From: Patescibacteria group bacterium
GTDB taxonomy: Bacteria; Patescibacteriota; Patescibacteriia; UBA1558; UBA10009
Assembly (NCBI GenBank): GCA_041662565.1
Contig: JBAZSE010000004.1
Span: 73,398-127,823, forward strand
Direction: 5' to 3'
Length of the DNA: 54,426 nucleotides
Shown here: positions 1 through 9,305 of the stretch, in pieces
How positions within the stretch are numbered: the first letter of the stretch is position 1
How the letters are laid out: every line of letters begins with the position of its first letter
Notes under the pieces: model-generated
Databases searched by the model: none
What the model saw: the letters and a program-made list of their open reading frames with translations, nothing else
Told to the model about the DNA's origin: nothing
Position numbers and translations under genes: made by a program

Positions 1-461
1 AAAATTTTTAAACTTTCTTTGCCGGCATCTTCTTCGTTATTGGAAGTAAACATTACAATTTCTTCAACCCTATCTTTAATAGTTTCATCTATTGAATAAT
101 TATAAAATTGCTCTCTAAATATCCTTTCCTTTGTGGCAATTTTCCAAGGTGCGACCAAAATAAGTTTAAATATTTTTCTTTTTGTTTCTCCTAGCCAGCG
201 AACCAAGAAAGCGCAACCGCAACTGTGGCCAATTAAAATCGTGTTTTCATTGGTATTATATTTTTCAAATTCATTTTTGAATTTATCATAATCCGGTTCC
301 CACGGCGTAGGCATAAGAGGTGCTTCTGTTGCCAGATTTTTATCGTTTAACTGTTTTTTTGTCCAAGCAATCCAATGTTGATCGTATCTGGCACCCAAAT
401 CAACCATCGTTTCCGGGGTTGAAGGACACCCATGAACAATGATGCATTTTTTATTTTCCAT
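1..461 (-). CDS. alpha/beta-fold serine hydrolase (YdeN/RBBP9-like); 3' end runs off the window
   Basis: Own translation from ATG 461-459: MENKKCIIVHGCPSTPETMVDLGARYDQHWIAW...NTILIGHSCGCAFLVRWLGE. It has a GxSxG nucleophile elbow (GHSCG). The frame stays open to nt 1, so it is absent from the ORF track. Confidence 0.6.
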   Translation of the reverse strand, partial: MENKKCIIVHGCPSTPETMVDLGARYDQHWIAWTKKQLNDKNLATEAPLMPTPWEPDYDKFKNEFEKYNTNENTILIGHSCGCAFLVRWLGETKRKIFKLILVAPWKIATKERIFREQFYNYSIDETIKDRVEEIVMFTSNNEEDAGKESLKI

Positions 462-462
462 A

Positions 463-795
463 TTATTTTCTTGTAAAATAAACTAAAGCCAAAGCAAATA
501 CAAAACATAAAAAATAAGCAACGGCAAAGTTGATCCAATGGGTTTTAAGAAATTGTGAATTTAACCAAAGCAAAAGAAAACTAAAAAAAATCGCAGCTAA
601 TGCACCATAAATTCCGCCAACTAGAAAATCACGGGATAACCCTTTGTCATTTAAAGTTAATAAAATGTAAGACATCGCAAAAACGATCGGAATGCCGCCA
701 ATTGCGCCTGCCAATTTTGGCCCTGAAAATTTTGCAATAATCAAAATTATAGCTGTTACAATTGCAGCAGATAAACTTTTTAAAAGAATATCCAT
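463..795 (-). CDS. small integral membrane protein, about 4 TM helices
   Basis: 110-aa ORF, almost entirely hydrophobic (AAIVTAIILIIAKF, GGIPIVFAMSYILLTL, GGIYGALAAIFFSFLLLWL, FAVAYFLCFVFALALVYF). 1-nt gap to the next gene. Confidence 0.5.
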   Translation of the reverse strand: MDILLKSLSAAIVTAIILIIAKFSGPKLAGAIGGIPIVFAMSYILLTLNDKGLSRDFLVGGIYGALAAIFFSFLLLWLNSQFLKTHWINFAVAYFLCFVFALALVYFTRK

Positions 796-807
796 AATTT
801 TATTTAT

Positions 808-1272
808 TCAATAATTAATTTTCAATTGTTTATCCAAGGTCGGGTTGGAAAAATATACCCGTACATTAAATGCAGAATCCATTAATTCAATCATTTCAAA
901 TTTTTCTTTATTAATAAGCTTAAAGCCGTTTTGCGATAAATACATTTTTTTGAATTCGTCGTAATTAGCTAGAGTAAAATCGGCATCGCCCCTTTGTGGC
1001 CTTGTTACATCGGGTTTTCTGATTTTTAACAATTGCAAATTTCCGGCAATTGTTTGAAGCGGCTCAATTTGAAACAGTACACCGCTTGGCATTTCCTCAA
1101 TCACCTTACCAATTTGTTTTGACAATTCCACAAAATTATTAAATTCCTCGTCATTTTGGCAAAAAATACAAGCATAATTAACCGGTGCCAGATCGCTAAC
1201 AAATTTACGTTTAAGTTGATCAGCTTGCGCCACTATGTCTTGAATAATGTTTTTTAAATCCTGCACGTTCAT
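808..1272 (-). CDS. hypothetical cytoplasmic protein
   Basis: 154-aa ORF packed 6 nt after the HD gene and 12 nt before the membrane gene. I can name no motif. Confidence 0.4.
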   Translation of the reverse strand: MNVQDLKNIIQDIVAQADQLKRKFVSDLAPVNYACIFCQNDEEFNNFVELSKQIGKVIEEMPSGVLFQIEPLQTIAGNLQLLKIRKPDVTRPQRGDADFTLANYDEFKKMYLSQNGFKLINKEKFEMIELMDSAFNVRVYFSNPTLDKQLKINY

Positions 1273-1278
1273 AAAATA

Positions 1279-1797
1279 TTACCAATCAGTCTCATTTAAT
1301 ACGGCTTTTGCTAATGTTACCAAACGAATACTGCCGTAATGCTTTTCAACATCGGTTAATAATTTTTGGGTTAAAATTTTCCATTCTTTTCGCCTTTGCG
1401 GTTCATTTCTTACCGTTTCATCGTACATGCTGGCGATTTTATCGCAAAGAACTAATAATTTAATAAAATTACTTTTATCTGAAATATTTTGCTCCTCCTC
1501 CCAAGAATCATGAGTCATTTCTTTAACACATTCAAGCACTTTGGGTTCAACAAAATCAGGAATCTCTAAACTTGTATCTTCAAGAATATCGTGAAGCAAA
1601 AGAACTTGATAACCAAGCTCGCGTTCCTCAAAAGGAATACGCTGGTCATTAAGCAAAGTTAAAGCGCACCACATGGGATGAACCACAAAAGGCACTTTGC
1701 CATCTTGCCTAAAATCCTTTCGGGTATTGTGTTCCTGATGGGCGCTGTAGGCCAAGTCCAAAAGCTGTTTTAAATTTGTTGGTTTAATGTTGTCCAT
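1279..1797 (-). CDS. HD-domain hydrolase, SpoT/Mesh1-type (p)ppGpp-hydrolase-like
   Basis: AHQEHNTRKDFRQDGKVPFVVHPMWCALTLL ... LLLHDILEDT matches the H..R/K..PY..HP ... HD..ED signature of RelA/SpoT HD hydrolase domains. At 172 aa it has no synthetase domain. Confidence 0.65.
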   Translation of the reverse strand: MDNIKPTNLKQLLDLAYSAHQEHNTRKDFRQDGKVPFVVHPMWCALTLLNDQRIPFEERELGYQVLLLHDILEDTSLEIPDFVEPKVLECVKEMTHDSWEEEQNISDKSNFIKLLVLCDKIASMYDETVRNEPQRRKEWKILTQKLLTDVEKHYGSIRLVTLAKAVLNETDW

Positions 1798-1852
1798 AGT
1801 AATTATTTTAAAATAATATCAATCAGCTTGAAATTATGCTGTTTTGTATAGT

Positions 1853-2341
1853 CTAACTATTGAGCCTTTTAATTTGAATTTCATAAAATTTTAAATATTT
1901 TAAAACAATAATATAATGACTAATAATTACTGATGGCGCATTAAATGTTTGTTGAATTCCATGGATATATGTATGGGCACAATTATCTCGCATTTTTTTT
2001 AATGTCCTTAAAGTAGATTTAAATTCTTCGATGTTATCAATTGATTCTTCAATTTTTTCTAATAATCTAATTCCATAAGCATAAATAAGAATTTGACGAA
2101 AATGCTCATAACTAAAACTATTATTTTTTTCCACCTTTTCCTCGAGATACTTACGATTAAAGTCTTTTTTAATGGTTCTTTTTATAAAGAGCGTCAATTT
2201 ATCCATAGTTTGTTCAACCCATCCACAACACTCAATAATTGCCATTTTACTATATATTTTTTGATCGCCTTTAACAATAGACTTACTATATAATCTATCT
2301 AACTTTTTTAATTCCTTCGTTATTTGAGATTCGGCAATCAT
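1853..2341 (-). CDS. HEPN-domain protein (Rx4H motif), putative RNase
   Basis: C-terminal KKMRDNCAHTYIHG contains R-DNCA-H, the Rx4-6H HEPN signature. Its ATG at 2341 directly abuts the TAA of the DUF262 gene. Very AT-rich. Confidence 0.55.
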   Translation of the reverse strand: MIAESQITKELKKLDRLYSKSIVKGDQKIYSKMAIIECCGWVEQTMDKLTLFIKRTIKKDFNRKYLEEKVEKNNSFSYEHFRQILIYAYGIRLLEKIEESIDNIEEFKSTLRTLKKMRDNCAHTYIHGIQQTFNAPSVIISHYIIVLKYLKFYEIQIKRLNS

Positions 2342-3421
2342 TTATTTACCAGAAAAAATTTTTTCTGCTGTTTTTAATCTATCAATAACTTTGCTTTTTT
2401 TAAGAATACCCTCTCGTATGTTCTGTTCACTAAATGATTTGCTATTAATTAATTTTTTATAATATTTTTCAATAACACTGCTTCGTTTATTTTTTAAAGT
2501 ATTTACATTTTTTGCTACACCATATAACAAACCCTCTAAAACCGTATTACTAATATTTATTTTTTTCATCTTTTTATTTATTTTTTCAAGTACTCCCACA
2601 GTGTCATCAAAAAGCAATCGCTTAGTCTCATTATCACTATCAAATCTATGATCATGCATGTAGTCATTTAGAAAAGATGATAGCTTGCCTTCATACTTAT
2701 TTGCTACACCATAGAAAGCAAAAAAACGAAGTATTAATTCAACTGTTTTAAACCTAAGGTCTTTTTTATTTCCACTAATTACTTTCCATTTAGGTGACAA
2801 TGCGCATTCTTTTAAAAACTCATTAAAAGCACCTTGATAGACTGCATTTCTAATCTCCTGATTATTAAGTTTTAATCCACCAGTATTCAATCTATTAAAA
2901 ATCATAAATATATACTCAGAATGCTTTTTTTTAGTATAATCGCATCTTAATATTGTAATTGGTAATGTTAAATTTTCGACACGCTTATATAAATCCGGAA
3001 ACTTCGACTTTATTTCAGAGGTAGTTTTACCAGCTATTCTATTATCAATGTCTTTCGTTTTTGACAAAGTCCAATTCGGATCATTAAGAAATTTAGTAAT
3101 TGTAGACATTCTTTGTAAGCCATCTATAACCTGCCATTTTTGAGATTTATAATCTAAGCTAAAACACATACTTGGAATAGGTAATTGTTTAATCAAAGAA
3201 TCTATAAATCTTGTTTGATCGGTCTCTGGCCATACAAAATTTCTTTGAAAATCTGGATTAATAGTCAAAGTTTTATCATTATGCATTCTATTAAGATCGG
3301 AAGCGGATCTTAATTCGTTATACGCTATTACATCGTCTGGTGGCACCTCTCCTTCATCTATTTGAAAAAAGGTCTCTTCCTCTATTTTTTTTAAATCCTT
3401 TCCTTCCTTGGTCTTTTTCAT
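2342..3421 (-). CDS. DUF262 (ParB-like / GmrSD N-terminal-type) protein without a fused nuclease domain
   Basis: Motifs PDFQRNFVW, VIDGLQRMSTI (DGQQR-type) and FNRLNTGGLKLNNQEIRNA. The ORF track extends to a TTG at 3466. The ATG at 3421 (MKKTKEGK...) is the more likely start. Confidence 0.7.
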   Translation of the reverse strand: MKKTKEGKDLKKIEEETFFQIDEGEVPPDDVIAYNELRSASDLNRMHNDKTLTINPDFQRNFVWPETDQTRFIDSLIKQLPIPSMCFSLDYKSQKWQVIDGLQRMSTITKFLNDPNWTLSKTKDIDNRIAGKTTSEIKSKFPDLYKRVENLTLPITILRCDYTKKKHSEYIFMIFNRLNTGGLKLNNQEIRNAVYQGAFNEFLKECALSPKWKVISGNKKDLRFKTVELILRFFAFYGVANKYEGKLSSFLNDYMHDHRFDSDNETKRLLFDDTVGVLEKINKKMKKINISNTVLEGLLYGVAKNVNTLKNKRSSVIEKYYKKLINSKSFSEQNIREGILKKSKVIDRLKTAEKIFSGK

Positions 3422-3462
3422 ATTTTTGAAATTAATTTTATATAATTTATAATAAATTGAAA

Positions 3463-4890
3463 TCAACTAATAATAGAATCATTATCAAACTCAACCACTT
3501 CCCCATCCATCTGCTCCGGCTTAGGGATGCCAAACTCATTAAGGATAGTTGGAGCGAGATTCAAAATACTAGTATCCATTTTACCGGCTTTAATGCCTTC
3601 TCCGTAGGCCAAAAACAGGCCACGGCGCTCATTTTCGCCTTTCCAATGCGCCGGTGCTTCAAATACGCCATTACCGCCCAAAGAACCGCTAAAATGGGTA
3701 TTAGGGGCTTGATCTACAATTAAATCGGGCGCCAGATCAAAAAACTGGCCGCTATAAACTTCTTCCTTTTTGTAAACTTTTTTAACGATTCGCATGCCAT
3801 TATGCTCCAGCGCTTCCAATTCTTTAATTAATTTTTCTTTAAACGCTTCATCTTTATTTAATAAGTACAGCGGACCCTGGCCCGAAGCAATAACTTGAGA
3901 GTTATCCCAATCAATGCTTTCGGCTTTACCGGCAAATTGAATATGCCCTACATCATCCGGCAACATTTGCTGTAAATTTTTGGGAACCACTTTTTTTACA
4001 AAATCCTTAAGGCCTAAAGTGGTTAGCCATTTGGTGGCTCTGGTTTTGGTAATACCTAACTTTCCTAATTTTGATGTTGCGGTATTTTGTTTAAGCTTTA
4101 AATAACCTTTTTCTTCCAGCCAACTGGAAATATTGAATTTTATTTTAATTTCATTAGTGCCATGATCAGACATAAAATAAAATTTGGCTTCCGGGTATTT
4201 GGCCATTAGCCTACCCACACCTTCATCAATAATTTGCCAGGCCTTAAAAACAACTTCATCGCCCCAATGATAATGCTGTAAAACATTAATCAGATAAACA
4301 GCCACCATGAAAAAATCAAACTTGCCTTGTTCCAATAAGTATTCGGCAACCTGGAATCTAACGGAAATTAAACGATAAATTTCTTCTATCACTTCGGTTG
4401 CACCCTGGCCCATATAGCTGATGTTATGAGGCAAAACAGCGTAATCAAATTTTGATTTTAACAAATTTTCTAACGCAGCCGGATAAGTAAAACCCGATTC
4501 CATGGCATCGGGCCCGCCCGAAACCATAATGCCGTTAATTTTATGAGGCGGATAAGTAGTGGGCATATCAACTACGCCAACTCTGTATCCGGCTTCGCTT
4601 AAGTAATCAAAAATTTCCTTGCCCGTAAATGATTTGGCATTGGGCACGAATATTTTTCGGTTTTTTACATCCACGTTTTCCCACCAAAAAACACCAAGTT
4701 TAGCCGGATTTAAACCAGTAGAAAAACATTTCCAATTGGGCGAAGTAACCGGAGGCAATTGCGACATTAAAACTCCCCAGGTTCCACCTGTTTGTAATTT
4801 TTTAAACGCAGGCATTTTGCCTTCATCAATCCATTTTTGGATATAGTTCCAACTACCGCCATCAAGGCCGATCACGATAACTTTTGGCAT
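3463..4890 (-). CDS. alkaline-phosphatase-superfamily phosphodiesterase / nucleotide pyrophosphatase-like protein
   Basis: Motifs VIVIGLDGGSW, PPVTSPNW (Thr nucleophile context) and FYFMSDHGT (metal site). 475 aa. Confidence 0.7.
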   Translation of the reverse strand: MPKVIVIGLDGGSWNYIQKWIDEGKMPAFKKLQTGGTWGVLMSQLPPVTSPNWKCFSTGLNPAKLGVFWWENVDVKNRKIFVPNAKSFTGKEIFDYLSEAGYRVGVVDMPTTYPPHKINGIMVSGGPDAMESGFTYPAALENLLKSKFDYAVLPHNISYMGQGATEVIEEIYRLISVRFQVAEYLLEQGKFDFFMVAVYLINVLQHYHWGDEVVFKAWQIIDEGVGRLMAKYPEAKFYFMSDHGTNEIKIKFNISSWLEEKGYLKLKQNTATSKLGKLGITKTRATKWLTTLGLKDFVKKVVPKNLQQMLPDDVGHIQFAGKAESIDWDNSQVIASGQGPLYLLNKDEAFKEKLIKELEALEHNGMRIVKKVYKKEEVYSGQFFDLAPDLIVDQAPNTHFSGSLGGNGVFEAPAHWKGENERRGLFLAYGEGIKAGKMDTSILNLAPTILNEFGIPKPEQMDGEVVEFDNDSIIS

Positions 4891-5009
4891 AAGTATGTCT
4901 ACGAATTAGGAATCTTTACGAATATACGAATTAATGTATTTGGCAATCCAAGGATTAAGCAAAAATTCAACCTAGTATTCGTATATTTGTATTTATTCGT
5001 AATTAGTAA
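4891..5009. repeat. TACGAAT-rich ~120-bp imperfect palindromic intercistronic element, copy A
   Basis: Five TACGAAT/ATTCGTA heptamers. The arms ctacgaattaggaatctttacgaatatacgaat and attcgtatatttgtatttattcgtaattag are an inverted pair. Confidence 0.7.
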
Positions 5010-6128
5010 TTAATTAATTAACTGATTAAATGTATTGACAATCTCTTGACTCAAATGATTAACATTATGGTATTTTACCACCAAATCACGTAATTTTAAA
5101 CCAATAGCTTGCCTTTGTTGAATGGGCAAATTGATGATATTGGTAATTTTTTTTGCCAAATCCAAATAATCTTCTCTGGCAAAAACAAATAATTGTTTTT
5201 CCGCTTCTGTTAGTTCGCTGGGTAATAAAATTTCTGATGTTGCGGCATTGGAATCAACCACAATTTTTCCAACCGCCATAGCTTCCACAATGCTTTTATC
5301 CAAACTATTACTGCCTCCGGGATTAACCACAAAATTTGCTTCGTTAATTAATTTAGGTAATTGCCAATTGCTTACTGCTCCCATAAATTCAACCACTTTA
5401 TCCAAACCCAATTTTTGCCGTAAAGCCAATAACTCCTGCAAATATGAATCATCGCCTTGAGCAATGGTGGCGCCATATACTTTGGATTGAATTAAAATTT
5501 GGGGCTGGTTTTTTAAAACTTCGGCCAGCGCTTTTAACAGCAGCTCGTATTTGCGAACCGGTGAAACTCGGCCAATAGAAATAATCTTAAGAGTTTGACT
5601 ATCAACTGCAACATCATTTGATGGCTGAAATTTATCGGTATCAATCCCCTGCCCAACAACCCGTCTTTTATTTGTTTTAACATTAAACGCCACGGAAACG
5701 CTGGTTAAAACCCGATCCACAAAATGCCTGGCAAATTTTGCTCGTCCATTTAATTTAGCGTGGGCTTTCCACCAAATTAAACCAATATGATTAATTTTTA
5801 ACAACAATCTAAAAGGAGAAAGCAGGTAAACATAAATTTCATTCATGTGCACAAAAATTCCATTGATTTTCTTGTTAAAAATCAAAGGCAAAACAAAGCC
5901 GTAGAAATTTTTTAAATATTGCCATCTGTTGTTTCCAACTTCTTTGCCTAACGAAAAAACTTCGCAGTTGCTTGGCAATTCTACCCGGCCTTTAAACAAA
6001 CAAACAATGTAAAGTTTTTCCACCTGACCAGCTAAACTAAATAAATAACTGTGGATGGCGCCCAAAACATGATCGTTAAGATCAACCTTTTGGGTAATGT
6101 ATAAAATTTTTAATTTATTTTGATTCAT
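5010..6128 (-). CDS. glycosyltransferase, GT4-like (GT-B fold)
   Basis: C-terminal NPGGSNSLDKSIVEAMAVGKIVV motif. 4-nt overlap with the upstream GT gene. Confidence 0.7.
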   Translation of the reverse strand: MNQNKLKILYITQKVDLNDHVLGAIHSYLFSLAGQVEKLYIVCLFKGRVELPSNCEVFSLGKEVGNNRWQYLKNFYGFVLPLIFNKKINGIFVHMNEIYVYLLSPFRLLLKINHIGLIWWKAHAKLNGRAKFARHFVDRVLTSVSVAFNVKTNKRRVVGQGIDTDKFQPSNDVAVDSQTLKIISIGRVSPVRKYELLLKALAEVLKNQPQILIQSKVYGATIAQGDDSYLQELLALRQKLGLDKVVEFMGAVSNWQLPKLINEANFVVNPGGSNSLDKSIVEAMAVGKIVVDSNAATSEILLPSELTEAEKQLFVFAREDYLDLAKKITNIINLPIQQRQAIGLKLRDLVVKYHNVNHLSQEIVNTFNQLIN

Positions 6129-7252
6129 TTTTTTGGTAATTGAGCCAATTGCCAGGATTTTAAATATAAATCCAAATTATCCTGCTCGCTAGGTAGTGAA
6201 TTAACAGTTAACAAGACCTGCCGTGATAAACGCTGGCGCAGAGCAGGATCTTTAGCCAGATCCAATAACTTGGCGGCTAAACTTTCTGCTGTCATGTTTG
6301 GTAAAACAAAACCGTTAATGTTATCTAAAATAACTTCGCCGGCCGGAGTTACATCGGTTGTAATTGTTGGCAAACCGCATGATGCGGCCTCAATCGGTGT
6401 TCGCATATAGCCCTCGCTTTTGGAAGTAACAACCAACACATCCGCTGTTTTATAAAACGAAGCCAAATCATCTTTCCAGCCGTAAAACAGAACTTTGTTT
6501 TCTAGTATTAAACTTTTAGCTTTTAGTTTTAGATCTTCTTCTTCCGAACCGGATCCGACAATCACTAACATCACTTGCGAATAATCTTTTACTAGCAAAT
6601 CGATGCTCTCAATTAACAAACCAAAATTTTTAACGCTAACCAAGCGCCCAACAGCCAAAATAATAAATTGGCCTGGAAATTCTTTATGCAAATCAATTTG
6701 GACCGGCGCGTTAGCTATTTTTTGGCAATCAATAAAAATCGGCACTGTAATAATTTTTGCCAACGAAATTTTAAATTGAGCCAAACTAGCGGTAATTTTT
6801 TTACTGACCGTTCTAATGGAATCAGCTTGAGGCAATAAAAATTTGGCTAAAAATAAACGGCAAGAGTTAAGCAAGCCGGTGCGATAAACATTATGCTGGC
6901 CAAAGTAATCGCCGTGCAGCTGCAAATTCAAACCCAAATTGAATTTTTTCTTTAACCAATAGCCAACCAAACCCGACTCAAAAGGATCCTGGGTGGAAAC
7001 TATATCAATTTTTTCTTGCGCCACAATTTTTTTCGACAACTTCCAGGCGTCATAAATATAACAAAATTTTGTTTTTGAATTTGTTGGATAAATTTTTAAT
7101 TTGGAGTTTGAAGTAACCGGGGTAAAACCTTTTTTGGTAAAAACCACCACAAAAATCCTATCCACCAACTGGCTGTATTTAACCAAACGCTGGTAAACAT
7201 CGCTATTGGGCTTAAATAAATTTCGATCCGAGCCGATGATTAATACTTTCAT
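6125..7252 (-). CDS. glycosyltransferase family 4
   Basis: VVTSKSEGYMRTPIEAASCGLPTITTDV is an E-x7-E type GT4 motif. Overlapping stop/start on both sides. Confidence 0.8.
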   Translation of the reverse strand: MKVLIIGSDRNLFKPNSDVYQRLVKYSQLVDRIFVVVFTKKGFTPVTSNSKLKIYPTNSKTKFCYIYDAWKLSKKIVAQEKIDIVSTQDPFESGLVGYWLKKKFNLGLNLQLHGDYFGQHNVYRTGLLNSCRLFLAKFLLPQADSIRTVSKKITASLAQFKISLAKIITVPIFIDCQKIANAPVQIDLHKEFPGQFIILAVGRLVSVKNFGLLIESIDLLVKDYSQVMLVIVGSGSEEEDLKLKAKSLILENKVLFYGWKDDLASFYKTADVLVVTSKSEGYMRTPIEAASCGLPTITTDVTPAGEVILDNINGFVLPNMTAESLAAKLLDLAKDPALRQRLSRQVLLTVNSLPSEQDNLDLYLKSWQLAQLPKK

Positions 7253-8370
7253 ATTGATGAAATTAGCAATAAAAATCTTTCCAGCAATTGCTCTGGGCCG
7301 TAGCTGGTATCAATTTTACTTATGGCGTGCTTAATTGAGGCGTAATGATCGGAATCCAAAGAAAGCAAATAATCCAGCTTGGCTGTTAATTCATCCGCGT
7401 TTAAAGGATACTTTAAAAAAAGCAGTTTTTTATCCCAATCATCAAAAACTCCGGAATGTTTGGTCATTAGTACAGGCGTTTTTAAAGCAATTGATCTAAA
7501 AACTATGTTGGGTGAAATATCCGAAATAGAAGGTAAAATCAGCCACTGGCTTTGCCCAATTAAATTATCCAATTCTTGACCAAAAACCGGTTTTTTAAAA
7601 ATAACCCTGTTTTCCAGTTTTAATTCTTTAACTTCCTGCTTTAACTTATTCTCTTCCGGACCTTCTCCTATCAATAATAATTGATAATTAATATCCTGAA
7701 GCTTGGCAAAGGCCGAAATTAATCGGCTTAAATTTTTTAATTTGGTAAAACGCCCGGCAAAAATCAATTGTTTTTTTAATTCAATATTTTCATCAGAAAT
7801 AATAACTTTAGGGAAAGCGTTAGGCAGCATTAAAAACTTATCAGCATTTATGCCGTAATGCTCTTCAATAATAGATTGCTGATAAGCTGTGGTGGTAATT
7901 AATTTTTCCGCCCGCCTAAAAATAAACCTGATTAATAAAAAATAAACAGCTTCAATTACATTAAAATTGGTTCTGTAATAATCGGTTAAAGTAACTTCTT
8001 TGTTAAATTTATTAACGGCCGTTTCCCATAAAAAATCTCCACCCAATCGAACGGAAAACTTAAAACTTTTAAACAAGCTAGCCGCTGCCACCGGTAAGGC
8101 CGCACTAAAGGTATCAAAAACAACCACTTTATCGCTTACAGAAACATTTTTTAAGACAATAAAAAAATATTTTAAATAATTCCAAAACCTAAATGAACGA
8201 TAAATCCTGATTACCGGAAAATCCAGCTTTTCCTGATTTTTTTTATCGGCGTAAGTTAAAACAAGCGGCTGCTGGCCGCGTTTAAAAAGTTCCGTTGCCA
8301 AATCTTTAACCAAAATGGCCGGCCCGCCGATTTCCGGAAAAAAAATGCCGGTGGCTAAAACAATTTTCAT
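7249..8370 (-). CDS. glycosyltransferase, GT4-like (divergent)
   Basis: GT-B-like C-terminal half (LLIGEGPE...WLILPSISDISPNIVFRSIALKTPVLM). Translationally coupled within the GT operon. Confidence 0.6.
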   Translation of the reverse strand: MKIVLATGIFFPEIGGPAILVKDLATELFKRGQQPLVLTYADKKNQEKLDFPVIRIYRSFRFWNYLKYFFIVLKNVSVSDKVVVFDTFSAALPVAAASLFKSFKFSVRLGGDFLWETAVNKFNKEVTLTDYYRTNFNVIEAVYFLLIRFIFRRAEKLITTTAYQQSIIEEHYGINADKFLMLPNAFPKVIISDENIELKKQLIFAGRFTKLKNLSRLISAFAKLQDINYQLLLIGEGPEENKLKQEVKELKLENRVIFKKPVFGQELDNLIGQSQWLILPSISDISPNIVFRSIALKTPVLMTKHSGVFDDWDKKLLFLKYPLNADELTAKLDYLLSLDSDHYASIKHAISKIDTSYGPEQLLERFLLLISSI

Positions 8371-9305
8371 AAATTACCCTGATAATATTCAATGGTTTTT
8401 TTAAGACCGTCTGTAAAATTAACTTGGGGTTCGTAACCAAGTAATTTTTTGGCTAACCTGATATCCGCCAAAGATTGTTTAATATCCCCTGCCCTCTCGG
8501 GCCCATGAATAGGTTCAATTTTTGTATTTAGGCAATTATTTATTTCTTCAACCAGTTGATTTAAAGAAATGGAATTATTGCAGGCAATATTTATAACTTC
8601 ACCCTTGCCCACTTGCGATGATTCCATGGCTAAAATATTGGCCAAAACATTGTTATCAACAAAAGTAAAATCCCGCGAAATTAAACCGTCGCCGTTGATG
8701 GTAGGGCGTTCTCCTTTTAAAATCTGTTTAATAAACAAAGGAATCACGGCGCTGTAAGGAGAATTAGGATCTTGATTGGGCCCAAAAACATTAAAATATC
8801 TTAAAGAAACCGTTGGCAAATCATAAAGTTTGGCAAAAACTTTAACCAGTTGTTCGCCGGCATTTTTATAAACAGCGTAAGGCGAAATTGGCATAGCAGG
8901 CAATGTTTCCACCTTTTCCACAGCCGATTGATCTCCGTAAATGGAAGATGAAGAAGAATAAACCAATTTTTTAACTTTAAACTCAACGCATTTTAATAAT
9001 ATTTTTAAAGTAATGGTAACGTTATTTTCTAAACTTAATAAAGGACTTTCAATAGAACGAGGCACCGAGGGCAAAGCAGCAGTATGCAAAACATAATCAA
9101 CGTCCTGCATGGCTTGATTGATTTTATCTTCTGCCAAAATTGAGCCCTCAATAAATTCTATTTGGCTTAAAACTTCGGCTAAATTTTCTTTGCGGCCAGT
9201 AATTAAATTATCAATCACCGAAACTTTGTAACCTTTACGCAAAAGCTCTTTAACTATATTGGAACCGATAAATCCCGCACCGCCTGTTACTAATACTTTA
9301 GACAT
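8367..9305 (-). CDS. NAD-dependent sugar-nucleotide 4-epimerase (extended SDR; TviC/WbpP-like)
   Basis: VLVTGGAGFIGSN Rossmann motif, SPYAVYK (YxxxK), FNVFGP. Confidence 0.8.
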   Translation of the reverse strand: MSKVLVTGGAGFIGSNIVKELLRKGYKVSVIDNLITGRKENLAEVLSQIEFIEGSILAEDKINQAMQDVDYVLHTAALPSVPRSIESPLLSLENNVTITLKILLKCVEFKVKKLVYSSSSSIYGDQSAVEKVETLPAMPISPYAVYKNAGEQLVKVFAKLYDLPTVSLRYFNVFGPNQDPNSPYSAVIPLFIKQILKGERPTINGDGLISRDFTFVDNNVLANILAMESSQVGKGEVINIACNNSISLNQLVEEINNCLNTKIEPIHGPERAGDIKQSLADIRLAKKLLGYEPQVNFTDGLKKTIEYYQGNL

